64,000 nucleotides of DNA from a virus. How positions within the stretch are numbered: the stretch's first letter is position 1; each line of letters opens with the position of its first letter. Under the pieces are notes generated by a model. That model saw only the letters and a list, made by a program, of their open reading frames with translations. It had not been told where the DNA came from and did not search any database. Below are positions 9,526-19,290 of this stretch, piece after piece. The position numbers and the translations under genes were made by a program. The stretch spans positions 51,224-115,223 of the IMG/VR virus record IMGVR_UViG_3300009545_000018. One strand, 5' to 3'.

Positions 9526-9608
9526 GGTGATATGGCGTAACTGGCAGCCGCACAATACTTAAAATATTGCGTTAATTCGTGGGGGTTCAAATCCCTCTAT
9601 CACCACCA
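9526..9608 (+). tRNA. tRNA-Leu (anticodon UAA), CCA encoded
   Basis: Acceptor GGTGATA/TATCACC perfect, anticodon stem CAATA/TATTG with loop CTTAAAA, extra arm, T loop TTCAAAT. Confidence 0.65.
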
Positions 9609-9633
9609 ACATTACCTATTTAGGATTTTTATT

Positions 9634-9930
9634 ATGTTAAATGAACTTCAATTTCTTGATGCTTTAAAAGCAGCCATTATTAATGGTAAGTATAATTTTG
9701 TTAAGCAAGAAACTGAAAAATTAATAAATACTTGGCAATTAAAGATTTTGGATGCCGCAAACAAAGGAAATAAATCAGTAGATATTTTCTTGGGAGATAG
9801 TGAGCCACCACAAGTTTATTTAGATGGAGCCTTTAAATTCTTTAAAGAATGCCGTTTACAATTATCTTATTATACAAATAATACTCCTAAAAATCATACA
9901 CATTATTATGTTAGTATAACATGGAATTAA
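9634..9930 (+). CDS. hypothetical protein
   Basis: ORF track. Confidence 0.5.
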   Translation: MLNELQFLDALKAAIINGKYNFVKQETEKLINTWQLKILDAANKGNKSVDIFLGDSEPPQVYLDGAFKFFKECRLQLSYYTNNTPKNHTHYYVSITWN

Positions 9931-10244
9931 ATATGTCAGATTTTTATAAAGAAATCATTAATCTTACTAAAGAATCTAAGGCGTCACAATTAAACGCTTT
10001 ACTATCATCTTCTATTATTGCAATTAAAGATCATATTAAAACTGCTGCTCTTCGCGGAGAAGATGATATTGTTCTAGAATTACCGCATCTTTCTAAAGAA
10101 ATTAAAGAAGAGTTAGCTCATCGATTTTATAAATTGGGATTTAATGCCTGTGTTAAAAAAGTAAATTTAGAAGCTAATGCCTACACCTATAATGATCCTA
10201 TAGGTAGATTTGAAGCTGATTGCTTATGTATTAACTGGAAATGA
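9921..10244 (+). CDS. hypothetical protein
   Basis: ORF track. Confidence 0.5.
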   Translation: MELNMSDFYKEIINLTKESKASQLNALLSSSIIAIKDHIKTAALRGEDDIVLELPHLSKEIKEELAHRFYKLGFNACVKKVNLEANAYTYNDPIGRFEADCLCINWK

Positions 10245-10381
10245 AAAAGACTAAACCACCACGTAACAAATTTGTCATAGCTATGAAGAAGGGGCGGAAA
10301 GGTGGTCCCATGAAAAATAAAAAAGACAAACGTAAATCTGGTAAGAATAAACAAAAAGATTATCTTAAAGATAATTATTAG
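10241..10381 (+). CDS. small (46 aa) extremely basic Lys/Arg-rich peptide
   Basis: ATG overlaps upstream TGA (ATGA); translation MKKTKPPRNKFVIAMKKGRKGGPMKNKKDKRKSGKNKQKDYLKDNY; below the ORF-track size cutoff. Confidence 0.35.
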   Translation: MKKTKPPRNKFVIAMKKGRKGGPMKNKKDKRKSGKNKQKDYLKDNY

Positions 10382-10395
10382 ATTTAGAAAATAAA

Positions 10396-10896
10396 ATGCC
10401 ATATTCCCTAATCGTTGTAGATCTACAAAAAGAATTTACTGCCGCCAATAATATTTCCACCATTAATGCTTGTCAAAACTTATTGATCCAAGCTATGGAA
10501 GACAATGCAACGATCATCTTCTTAGAGTTTATTGGATGTGGTAGAACTATGGAAACCATCTATGATTTGGTAGATAACTATTATAATATATATGTTCTAA
10601 AGAAACCGAGCTGTGATGGAAGTTCTTATATTAAGAAACTGACAGCAAGTTTTGAAATACCTACCATGCACTTTAAAGTATGTGGTGTTAATACTGATGC
10701 TTGTGTATTAGATACTGTCTTAGGGTTAAGCCACAGTTATCCAGATGCAGTAGTTGAAGTTATTGAATCTGCCTGTAATTCAGATTTAGATCATAACAAA
10801 GCAATAAGTATAATGGAAAAGAAAAGCAATGTTGTGGTAACTAACAGACGAATTATTATAGAGCACGACACACTTAGAGTAGCTAATGTCAACTAA
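10396..10896 (+). CDS. isochorismatase-family cysteine hydrolase (nicotinamidase PncA-like)
   Basis: VVDLQKEF N-terminal motif and catalytic-Cys block VCGVNTDACV typical of the family. Confidence 0.6.
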   Translation: MPYSLIVVDLQKEFTAANNISTINACQNLLIQAMEDNATIIFLEFIGCGRTMETIYDLVDNYYNIYVLKKPSCDGSSYIKKLTASFEIPTMHFKVCGVNTDACVLDTVLGLSHSYPDAVVEVIESACNSDLDHNKAISIMEKKSNVVVTNRRIIIEHDTLRVANVN

Positions 10897-11293
10897 TATT
10901 TATATTATCATAGCGACTATTCTTTGGGGAGTGGGAGCCATTTTTACTAAGGTAGGCGCTAACAATTTACATCCTTTAATGTTAGCATTAGTGGCAGAAT
11001 TGTTCTATATAATATTTGTACCTTTAGGTATTTGGTTTACTAAAACTCCAATTCAAATGAACACTACGGGATTTATTTTTGGATTTATTTCGGCGGCATG
11101 TGTTGGGGCAGGGTCCTTAGCTTATTACTTTGCTTTGCAGAAGGGTGCTGCGGGCACCATTGCAGCAGCAACAAGTGTATACCCTGTGTTAACTTTAATT
11201 ATTTCCGTTGCAATTTTAAACGAAGAAATAAGTTTAAGAAAAATAATTGGCTGCCTTCTTGCTATTATTTCTGTTATTATTATTTCAAAATGA
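10886..11293 (+). CDS. small integral membrane protein, EamA/DMT-like (4 TM)
   Basis: Four hydrophobic helices, Gly-rich. Confidence 0.45.
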   Translation: MSTNIYIIIATILWGVGAIFTKVGANNLHPLMLALVAELFYIIFVPLGIWFTKTPIQMNTTGFIFGFISAACVGAGSLAYYFALQKGAAGTIAAATSVYPVLTLIISVAILNEEISLRKIIGCLLAIISVIIISK

Positions 11294-11607
11294 AATGTCC
11301 TATTTGTCAGAAATTATTATTAACTAATATTAATGAAAAATGGTGTGAACAAACCGTTTTTACTAATGATAGTGCAAATTTACATTATGTAGTTTTTAAT
11401 ATTAAAAATAATAATATGGCTTTATTTTTTAAATATAAAGATCATTCATATGAATTTGACTATTTTTCTTCATCTCAAAAAACAAATATAACATATTATA
11501 TGGGCAAAACTACTCATGATAGTGATTTTTATTTAGGGGAAATGAAAAATCTAGAAGAACTCTATAAGGCAACACTTAAGTATTTAAAAAACAAAGCATT
11601 CTTATGA
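11290..11607 (+). CDS. small protein, KLKAF-tail family variant, MKCPIC N-terminus (tail KNKAFL)
   Basis: Start set at the ATG overlapping the upstream TGA; the track's longer 11098 start lies inside the previous gene. Confidence 0.55.
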   Translation: MKCPICQKLLLTNINEKWCEQTVFTNDSANLHYVVFNIKNNNMALFFKYKDHSYEFDYFSSSQKTNITYYMGKTTHDSDFYLGEMKNLEELYKATLKYLKNKAFL

Positions 11608-11921
11608 TAATGAAATGTCCCTTTTGTAAAGAAGAACTACAATTAGGTATAGAAATATATTTTTGTAATAATGATAAATTTATTTATCATGATGTAAGTT
11701 TTAATACAATAACAAAAGATATACATTTAGCATTTTTATCAGAAAATAAAGAAATAGAATATGAATTTGAATATCTTTCAGATAAAAAACTTGTAAGTCT
11801 ATTTGTGTACTCTAACAATCCAGTTACAAGTTTTCTATCTTTAAATTTCGGGGAAATAAATTCTTTGGATGAATTTTATACTAAAACAAAATCTTACGTC
11901 AAAAATATAGCATTTCAATGA
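11604..11921 (+). CDS. small protein, KLKAF-tail family variant, MKCPFC N-terminus (tail KNIAFQ)
   Basis: ORF track. Confidence 0.55.
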   Translation: MIMKCPFCKEELQLGIEIYFCNNDKFIYHDVSFNTITKDIHLAFLSENKEIEYEFEYLSDKKLVSLFVYSNNPVTSFLSLNFGEINSLDEFYTKTKSYVKNIAFQ

Positions 11922-12640
11922 TTGAACAATTAAAAACATTATACAACACTTCTCCTCTTGCTTCTAACTGGATTAAAGAAAATGAACCTGATCCAAATCT
12001 TATTTATAACAGTGGAGTTGGGCATCAAGTTAAGCAAGGAATAGCATTATCTAACTTAGTTAGGTTTGATTTAGATGAGCCTAGGGTGGCAGCCACTCAT
12101 AGAAGTAAATCTTGCATACTTCCAGTCTTAATGTTTAAGGTTTGGCATTATGATAATGGAGGTGCCTTTTGCTTTATAAGAGATAATTTTCATGATGTCA
12201 AGCTATCAGTAGTATCTGAGTTTCCTATTGATATTAATTATAATTATATACATCATGAAATGTCTCAAGAAGAATATGATGCTGAAAAGAAACGCTGTAT
12301 TGATTATGATAATAAAGGAACTCCCAGATTAACTGAAGATGAGAAATCTGGAGATGGTTGGATAAATGGTTGGTCCGGCAATAAAATTATCAGGAAAGAT
12401 AATAAGATTTGGAAAGCCTATAACGTTAATGAAGTGTATTGTGAAGGCATTAATAGATTAAATTTGCCCAATGAAGTCTTTCGACCTTATGAAGAAGGTT
12501 ATGATATGTTTACAATTGCGGCAGGATCTTTTGCACATGTTGCTTATTTATTTGAACATCTTCAAAACGAAATACAACATAAGGTTTATTTAAAATTAAA
12601 ACAAATTAGGGATCAAAATGATAATCTCAAAAGTATGTGA
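11918..12640 (+). CDS. hypothetical protein
   Basis: ORF track. Confidence 0.5.
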   Translation: MIEQLKTLYNTSPLASNWIKENEPDPNLIYNSGVGHQVKQGIALSNLVRFDLDEPRVAATHRSKSCILPVLMFKVWHYDNGGAFCFIRDNFHDVKLSVVSEFPIDINYNYIHHEMSQEEYDAEKKRCIDYDNKGTPRLTEDEKSGDGWINGWSGNKIIRKDNKIWKAYNVNEVYCEGINRLNLPNEVFRPYEEGYDMFTIAAGSFAHVAYLFEHLQNEIQHKVYLKLKQIRDQNDNLKSM

Positions 12641-13103
12641 GAAAATTTCCAAAAGTTTGCCAGGTATAACTATTCGTTTGCCAAACCCTAAAACAAAAAT
12701 TAAACAAGATTATTTAAGTCGTTTCTATTTTTTCTTAGCTGATCGAGATTTTGGAAACATATTCTTACATCACTTTCATAGTTCAGATTTAGATGTAGGT
12801 GAAGGTGGATTTGGATTATTACATAATCATCCATTTTCCTGGTCATTATCATTTGTATTAGTCAATGGTTATTGGGAAGAAAGATTAAATCCAGACCAAA
12901 CAGTTTCACGAAGATTTGTTAAACCATTTTCTTTTAACTTCCTATCTCGTAAAGATTTCCATCGGGTAGACTTAGTTGATGGTAAAAAAGCTTGGACTAT
13001 ATTTTTTACTGGTTCCCGTTCTAGTCGTGGCAGTTGGGGATTTTATGATAGGATAACTAAACAATATAAAGACTTTACCACTTCACCTAATGCAATTAAA
13101 TAA
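12618..13103 (+). CDS. hypothetical protein
   Basis: ORF track. Confidence 0.45.
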   Translation: MIISKVCEKISKSLPGITIRLPNPKTKIKQDYLSRFYFFLADRDFGNIFLHHFHSSDLDVGEGGFGLLHNHPFSWSLSFVLVNGYWEERLNPDQTVSRRFVKPFSFNFLSRKDFHRVDLVDGKKAWTIFFTGSRSSRGSWGFYDRITKQYKDFTTSPNAIK

Positions 13104-13114
13104 GGAAATATAAT

Positions 13115-13489
13115 ATGTCTACATCAAATTATAAAAGCAGATTATTAAATCCATTCTATCTAGGAATTTATAAGGATAGTCGTGAAGATTATCTTACATA
13201 TGTTGTTTATTTAAACGTCGCAACTGAAGAGGAACAAAAAGAGTTTAATGAAATATTTCGTGCTAAAGTATTAGCAGCATGGAATAAGCATATTAAGGAT
13301 TGCGATAAACAAAGAGAAGAACATCAATCTCATATTGAACTTCAAAAGAAAGAAATTATTAAGTTAAGGCAACTTGGTCGTTTAGATATGGCGAATAAGC
13401 GTGAAGAGTTTGTTCTTCTTTTAGAAAAAAAAGAATTTCCAGGTTATACAACCTGGAGCTATAGATCGTTTGATTTAGGTTGGGATTAA
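13115..13489 (+). CDS. hypothetical protein, coiled-coil segment
   Basis: SD AAGGAAATATAATATG. Confidence 0.5.
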   Translation: MSTSNYKSRLLNPFYLGIYKDSREDYLTYVVYLNVATEEEQKEFNEIFRAKVLAAWNKHIKDCDKQREEHQSHIELQKKEIIKLRQLGRLDMANKREEFVLLLEKKEFPGYTTWSYRSFDLGWD

Positions 13490-13505
13490 TATATTTGAAA
13501 TATAA

Positions 13506-13805
13506 ATGAACTGCCCCTTTTGTAAAAAATCTCTTATAAAAGAACCTGGCGGATATTTTTGTAAAAAAAACAAGACGCATGAATTTTCTATAGGTAACGA
13601 TCCGTCTTCTGTAAATGATGAACCATATTGGCTTTTATATATTCATGAAGATAAAATTCAGATAGGGAAATATCCAAAGGGTAATTATATTACTTTTAGA
13701 AATAGAGATGGCTTTGGTGGAGAAATAATTAATATTGATCCATTTTCAATAAAAGATTCCCACTCAATTATTAATAAATATAAAAAGTTAAAAGCCTTTT
13801 TATAA
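13506..13805 (+). CDS. small protein, KLKAF-tail family, MNCPFC N-terminus (tail KLKAFL)
   Basis: ORF track. Confidence 0.6.
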   Translation: MNCPFCKKSLIKEPGGYFCKKNKTHEFSIGNDPSSVNDEPYWLLYIHEDKIQIGKYPKGNYITFRNRDGFGGEIINIDPFSIKDSHSIINKYKKLKAFL

Positions 13806-13817
13806 TCGTAATTATAT

Positions 13818-14120
13818 ATGACATTTAATATATGCCCACTTTGTCAATCTAAACTACCAGATAAGGGTGTAAGTTATTATACTTGTTATGATAATAATCA
13901 TGTTTATATTTATACTGGTGGTAATAAATGTTGGTATTTTAAAGATTGTAGAAAAAACATTAGAGTAGGTAAAGATCTATATAATTATTATATAGTTTTT
14001 GATAAAGTATCTTTTGGTAAAAATAATATGATAACATTACAACCTTTTAATGTTCAAGATTCTATGGAAATAATTGATAAATTTTATGTTAGATATCAAA
14101 AGCTGAAAGCGTTCACTTAA
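13818..14120 (+). CDS. small protein, KLKAF-tail family, CPLC N-terminus (tail KLKAFT with codons CTG/GCG/TTC)
   Basis: ORF track; tail encoded by synonymous codons. Confidence 0.6.
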   Translation: MTFNICPLCQSKLPDKGVSYYTCYDNNHVYIYTGGNKCWYFKDCRKNIRVGKDLYNYYIVFDKVSFGKNNMITLQPFNVQDSMEIIDKFYVRYQKLKAFT

Positions 14121-14131
14121 TAAAGGAATTC

Positions 14132-14866
14132 ATGAATTTTAAATCACTACTATCTAATAAATGGTTTTTAGCCGCAACATTTTTCTTAATTTATACTTGG
14201 CTAATAAACTGGAAGTTTACCATAGTATTAATGTGTTCTATTGGCTTCCATGAGTCTGGTCACTTATGGGCAGCTAATAAAAAAGGTTTATCCACTGGTG
14301 GTTTTGTTTTTATTCCATTTTTGGGAGGCTTAGCTGCCATCACAGAAAATTATAAAACTTTTGCACAACAAGCCTATATTGCTATCATGGGTCCTATTTG
14401 GGGATTAACTTTAGCAACTATAACAATGTTATTAGGAATTAGTCTGTCTAATAGTTTTTTAACAATTACTGCTACTTGGATGGGAATTTTTAATTTATTT
14501 AACTTAATACCCGTAACCTTTTTAGATGGCGGACAAATATTAAAAACAATTGTACTTTCTCTTTCAAAGATTTATGGATTTACAATAATAAACTATTTAA
14601 CAATAGTGACTGCTGGAATATTCTTTTATTATATTCATTCCCCTTTAATTATCTTTGCCACTATTATTTCAGTTCTACAAAATATAGTTGAAGCTAAACA
14701 ATATTTAAAGTCTAAGTCTTCTTTACCTAGAGATCTAACTAATAACCAGATGATTAAAACTATAATAAGTTATGTGTCAACAATAATACTATTAGTTATT
14801 ATTATATGTATTGGGTTTACATATACTCATATATTTACTGGTCATTATAGCTTTATTGTTAAATAG
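14132..14866 (+). CDS. polytopic membrane protein with HExxH (HESGH) motif, site-2/M50-like metalloprotease candidate
   Basis: About 6 TM segments, HESGHLWAA in the second helix. Confidence 0.45.
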   Translation: MNFKSLLSNKWFLAATFFLIYTWLINWKFTIVLMCSIGFHESGHLWAANKKGLSTGGFVFIPFLGGLAAITENYKTFAQQAYIAIMGPIWGLTLATITMLLGISLSNSFLTITATWMGIFNLFNLIPVTFLDGGQILKTIVLSLSKIYGFTIINYLTIVTAGIFFYYIHSPLIIFATIISVLQNIVEAKQYLKSKSSLPRDLTNNQMIKTIISYVSTIILLVIIICIGFTYTHIFTGHYSFIVK

Positions 14867-15063
14867 GTTTGAAGCTATGAGTTAACTTATATATATGCTA
14901 CTCCCCTATAGATCCCCTCAACAGATGTCGAGAAAAAGTTCGTTTAATTTTTAATAATTGATTATTTAAAGTTTAAAATATCATACCCTCAACTTGTCTC
15001 GTAGCCGCAGATATAGTACGTAACAATAATATAAATTAGTTTATAATTAGTAATAAGGTAAAA

Positions 15064-16233
15064 ATGTCTATTGCAGATCTCTTAAATAAAAAGGTTCGTC
15101 TCTTCGTATTTGCCACAGGAGCGGGGGCAGGAGCCCAGAAAACATTATGGGACATTCCTGGATGTTCAAGTTTTCTTGTAGGAGCTGGATTTACATATGA
15201 TACTAAACTTACCTCTAAGATAATTGGATATACTCCAAAGCAATTTGCTAGTTTAGATACAGCCGCTGAATTAGCTATGGCAGCTTATATGGAAGCATAT
15301 GATCCCACTCTTAAAGATCATGATACAATTGGTATTGGTCTTTCAGCTTCTGTAGCATCAACTGTTGCACATAAGGGTGATCATAGAATACATTTAGTTG
15401 CAATTAGTAATAAAAAAGTTTATACTATTTCCTTTATTGTTAATAAAGGAACTGGTGAGCCTCAGAGAAAAAATGATGGTGAGATTGCTGATCGTCTTAT
15501 TATAGAAACTATAAAGGGCATTACTAATGTAAATGGATTAAGTGGTTTGGATTCATTTAAATATATGTATAGTGGTTCTTGTTATGTTTCTAACATAGTA
15601 AGTGATGAAAATTCTAGTATAGTTAAAGATTTATTATTACAACGTCCCTTCTTTAAATCTGATGGAACTAAATGTTCAACCAAAGATTTTTTTGGAGAGG
15701 TGACAGAATACCCAAATTATATTTTTTATCCTGGTAGTTTTAATCCGCTGCATCATGGACATTTAAATGCGGCGAAACAATCATATAAGACAGCAGTTCA
15801 TTTAAATGATAATGTTGAAGGTGTAATATTTACTACTTGTATTAATCCAAAACATAAAGCAGAACCAACAGTTCCAGAGTTACTACAGCGTATTAAACAG
15901 ATGCGAGGACATAATTTTCTACTTACAATGGATGACCCACTCTTTATTGATAAAGCAAAGATGTTTCCAGGGTCTATGATTACTATTGGAACTGATGTAT
16001 TATTATCTTTGTTTGACCCTAAGTGGGGAGTTGATGCAGTAGAAATGCTAGAAATATTTAGGGAAAACAATGTTCGGTTTCTAGTGCAGGGGCGTTTAGT
16101 TGATGATAAATTTGTTTCTTTGCGAAATGTTCGAGATCAAAATAAATTAATGCAAGATAATAAATACTATAAATTATTTGCGCATGTAGAAGGTAGGGTT
16201 GATATTTCTTCTACTGAACTTAGAAATAAATGA
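15064..16233 (+). CDS. two-domain protein: N-terminal unknown domain plus C-terminal nicotinamide/nicotinate mononucleotide adenylyltransferase (NMNAT/NadD-like)
   Basis: Nucleotidyltransferase motif FYPGSFNPLHHGHL and terminal ISSTELR characteristic of NadD/NMNAT. Confidence 0.6.
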   Translation: MSIADLLNKKVRLFVFATGAGAGAQKTLWDIPGCSSFLVGAGFTYDTKLTSKIIGYTPKQFASLDTAAELAMAAYMEAYDPTLKDHDTIGIGLSASVASTVAHKGDHRIHLVAISNKKVYTISFIVNKGTGEPQRKNDGEIADRLIIETIKGITNVNGLSGLDSFKYMYSGSCYVSNIVSDENSSIVKDLLLQRPFFKSDGTKCSTKDFFGEVTEYPNYIFYPGSFNPLHHGHLNAAKQSYKTAVHLNDNVEGVIFTTCINPKHKAEPTVPELLQRIKQMRGHNFLLTMDDPLFIDKAKMFPGSMITIGTDVLLSLFDPKWGVDAVEMLEIFRENNVRFLVQGRLVDDKFVSLRNVRDQNKLMQDNKYYKLFAHVEGRVDISSTELRNK

Positions 16234-16568
16234 CAGATAATCCAGAAATAGATGAGTATGGAATTAAGCGATGGTTTAATGAAAATGGTGAGTTACATCG
16301 TTTAGATGGTCCTGCAGTAATTGGACATGGATATGAAAGTTGGTATGTTAATGGAAAAAGACATCGAGATAATGGTCCGGCAGTAAGCATTGTTTATGAA
16401 GATGGAGTTCTTTGCCAAGAATGGTATATAAATAATCTTCTACATAGATTAGATGGTCCCGCAATTATTGATGAATATGGTCCGGCTTGGTATGTAAATG
16501 ACAATAAAATTGAATGCTCCTCTCAAGAAGAATTTAAAAAGTTACTTAAATTGAAAGCCTTTTGGTAA
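16230..16568 (+). CDS. MORN-like repeat protein (WYxNGxxHRxDGPA x3) with KLKAF tail (KLKAFW)
   Basis: Three tandem repeats visible in translation; family tail. Confidence 0.55.
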   Translation: MTDNPEIDEYGIKRWFNENGELHRLDGPAVIGHGYESWYVNGKRHRDNGPAVSIVYEDGVLCQEWYINNLLHRLDGPAIIDEYGPAWYVNDNKIECSSQEEFKKLLKLKAFW

Positions 16569-16807
16569 TGAAAGATTGGAATGAAAAAGCCGCCAAGAAA
16601 TGGCTCTACCTTGCGGCTATGGATATAATTTCTGATGGATTATATGCTGAAGGTGGAGAATTAATTTATTATTATAAATTTAATAAGAAAACAATATCTA
16701 GAGAATATTTTATCTTTATTATTAAAGATGTTCTTAGTTGGGACCATGATATGATAGAAGATGCAATAGAAGAAGTAAGAAAGTTAGCTTTATCAGCCTT
16801 TATTTAA
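16562..16807 (+). CDS. small protein, KLKAF-tail family variant (tail ALSAFI)
   Basis: ORF track. Confidence 0.45.
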   Translation: MVMKDWNEKAAKKWLYLAAMDIISDGLYAEGGELIYYYKFNKKTISREYFIFIIKDVLSWDHDMIEDAIEEVRKLALSAFI

Positions 16808-16808
16808 T

Positions 16809-16994
16809 ATGGAAAAGCAATCAATATATCCTTGTCCTATTTGTCAACAACCAATGACAATTATTGGGCTTAATAATAAAAATAAAAAGATTGCAAGTTG
16901 TGGGCACGTTTTTTCATTTAGAAAAACCAAATCAGCCAAGATGCTAGATCGTAAATACATTCAAACACCATTTGGGCTAGAATTACGAAAGTAA
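16809..16994 (+). CDS. small zinc-ribbon protein (CPIC ... CGH)
   Basis: ORF track. Confidence 0.45.
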   Translation: MEKQSIYPCPICQQPMTIIGLNNKNKKIASCGHVFSFRKTKSAKMLDRKYIQTPFGLELRK

Positions 16995-17058
16995 TTTTTA
17001 AATTTGACAAACGCCAAATCATGGCAATCTTTCGGGCTCAACATACAGGGAATTAATT

Positions 17059-17385
17059 ATGAAGCATAGTAAAACAATAAATTTGATTTTCATTAATGCA
17101 TTAGCAGCATCTATTTTGGGTTGTAGTAGCTCTGAAGAAGTTAAGCACTGTGTTGATGAAAATGGTGTTGTAATTGATGAGTCTAATTGTGATCAAGGCA
17201 ACCCTCATTACAGCCCACATTTTCGTTGGTACTATGGTGGCGGATTATTTAATAGGGGTTCTAGAGTATCAGGTGGAGGATATCATCCTCTTTCTGGTCA
17301 TAGTTATTCCAGCCCTTCTCATGGCTCATCTTCAATTACTCGTGGTGGATTTGGTAGCCTTGGTCATGTTAGTTCTGGTGGATAA
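17059..17385 (+). CDS. Gly/Ser-rich lipoprotein
   Basis: Lipobox ILGCSS; SD AGGGAATTAATTATG. Confidence 0.5.
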   Translation: MKHSKTINLIFINALAASILGCSSSEEVKHCVDENGVVIDESNCDQGNPHYSPHFRWYYGGGLFNRGSRVSGGGYHPLSGHSYSSPSHGSSSITRGGFGSLGHVSSGG

Positions 17386-17387
17386 TT

Positions 17388-18530
17388 ATGCAAAGAAAAA
17401 GTATTACAGCACGTTCTAATTGGGAAAAAACTGTTGAGTCACAGGGGTTTCTTTTTCATTCAGTAGAGGGACAACCATATTGGGACGAGTCTCATTACTA
17501 TGAGTTTACTTCGTCCGAAGTAGATGAATTAGAAAAAGCCACCAATAATTTGCATGAGTTATGTTTAAATGCAGTTCAGCACGTTATTGATAATAATTTA
17601 TATTCTAAATTATTTATTCCACAACATGCCATACCATTAATTGAATCCTCTTGGAATAATGAGACTCCTGCTATTTATGGTAGGTTTGATTTATCTTATG
17701 ATGGTAAGTCTTCTCCGAAGATGTTGGAATATAATGCTGATACGCCTACTTCTCTATTAGAATCAGCAGTTATTCAATGGTATTGGTTGAAAGATCAGTT
17801 TCCTTCTTGTGATCAATTTAATTCCATCCACGAAAGATTAGTAAGTAAGTGGAAAGAATTAGGAGATTATTTAAATCCTGGACCATTATATTTAACTGGA
17901 CTTGATATGATTGAGGATTATATGAATCTTCAATATATGGCAGAGACCGCCAAGCAAGCAGGATTAGAAACTAAAGACATTAATATTGTTGATGTTGGTT
18001 GGGATTCTAAAGATAAAAAGTTTGTTGATAATGAATTTTATTCAATCACTAATGTCTTTAAATTGTATCCTTGGGAATGGTTATTGAATGAAGAGTTTGG
18101 TAAAAACATAGGCGAATGTTTTGATAAGACTTGTTGGATTGAACCCCCATGGAAAATGATTTTATCCAACAAAGGAATTCTTCCTATCTTATGGCAACTA
18201 AATCCTAATCATCCTAATCTATTACCGGCATTTTTTGATGATAAAAGTGTCTTGTTGAATAAGAGTTTAGTTAAAAAGCCGTTTTATTCTAGAGAAGGTG
18301 CTAACATTTCCATTGAAGAAAATGGGAAAATCATATCCAGTTCTGATGGTGAGTATGGAGAAGAAGGATTTATTTACCAGAAGTTTGCCCCATTACCTAA
18401 CTTTGATGGCAATCACCCTATGATTGGATCATGGGTTATTGATGGAGTATCTGCCGGAATTGGTATTCGAGAAGATAATAGTTTGATTACAGGCAACCTT
18501 AGTAGATTTGTGCCACATATATTTAAATAA
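17388..18530 (+). CDS. glutathionylspermidine synthase-like ATP-grasp family protein
   Basis: About 380 aa, matching stand-alone Gsp-synthetase-like proteins; recalled similarity only, no diagnostic motif verified. Confidence 0.45.
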   Translation: MQRKSITARSNWEKTVESQGFLFHSVEGQPYWDESHYYEFTSSEVDELEKATNNLHELCLNAVQHVIDNNLYSKLFIPQHAIPLIESSWNNETPAIYGRFDLSYDGKSSPKMLEYNADTPTSLLESAVIQWYWLKDQFPSCDQFNSIHERLVSKWKELGDYLNPGPLYLTGLDMIEDYMNLQYMAETAKQAGLETKDINIVDVGWDSKDKKFVDNEFYSITNVFKLYPWEWLLNEEFGKNIGECFDKTCWIEPPWKMILSNKGILPILWQLNPNHPNLLPAFFDDKSVLLNKSLVKKPFYSREGANISIEENGKIISSSDGEYGEEGFIYQKFAPLPNFDGNHPMIGSWVIDGVSAGIGIREDNSLITGNLSRFVPHIFK

Positions 18531-18548
18531 TTATAGAAAGAAAATAAT

Positions 18549-18992
18549 ATGAAAAAAGATTTAGTAAAATCAATAAAATCCATTTTAAGTAACGGTCAGC
18601 CTATGAAACTTATTAATATTTATAATAAGATTGTTGATGAGGGTGATGTAACTTCGCCTAACACATATATGTCAACTTATCTTGCATTAAGAGAAAATAT
18701 TCATCTATTTGAAAAAGTATCTAAAGGCTATTACAAAATTAGAGATGAAAAAGAAACTAAAGCTTTTTTGCAATTGAAAAAAGATCCTGAAGAAGCTTTA
18801 GATGAGATATACGATTTTGTTAGCAAAAATCCAAACAAAACACCAACAGCTATCCATCAAGCTATTAATAATAGTGGAACCTATATTAGTTATAAGTCGG
18901 TTTGTCATCATTTAAGAAAAAATTGCTTTACAAGCAAGCTAGATAAAGTAAAAATTAATAAATATACTAGTGTTTATTCTACTGAAGAATAA
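18549..18992 (+). CDS. hypothetical protein
   Basis: ORF track. Confidence 0.5.
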   Translation: MKKDLVKSIKSILSNGQPMKLINIYNKIVDEGDVTSPNTYMSTYLALRENIHLFEKVSKGYYKIRDEKETKAFLQLKKDPEEALDEIYDFVSKNPNKTPTAIHQAINNSGTYISYKSVCHHLRKNCFTSKLDKVKINKYTSVYSTEE

Positions 18993-19290
18993 TATGTCTT
19001 TAGATAAAGTTTATCGTATAAAGTCTGTAAGAGAATACAATAGTTACGGTAGTAGTAAAAAATTTAAATTTAAAATACAAAGAAGAGTAAAATTTTTATT
19101 TATATCCATTTGGGTAGATGAGTTATCAGACACTTATGATACAATTCAAACAGCAGAAAATTATCTCAAATCTTATTTAGAAGATAAACATTTTATTAAA
19201 TACTTTTGTATTATAAGTAATTTTTCTGTTTTTGATGGCGAGACTTTAGTTGAATTAGAAAAGAAAACTAAATTAAAGGCATTTCTATAA
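18970..19290 (+). CDS. small protein, KLKAF-tail family (KLKAFL)
   Basis: ORF track. Confidence 0.55.
   Translation: MFILLKNNMSLDKVYRIKSVREYNSYGSSKKFKFKIQRRVKFLFISIWVDELSDTYDTIQTAENYLKSYLEDKHFIKYFCIISNFSVFDGETLVELEKKTKLKAFL

Noticed and set aside
11098-11289. Upstream extension of ORF 11098-11607
   Set aside because: The extension lies entirely inside the membrane-protein gene 10886-11293. The family-typical MKCPIC start overlaps that gene's TGA stop at 11290.
17174-17419. 81-aa + strand ORF in an alternative frame
   Set aside because: Nested within the Gly-rich lipoprotein gene and the glutathionylspermidine-synthase-like gene start; no independent signal.
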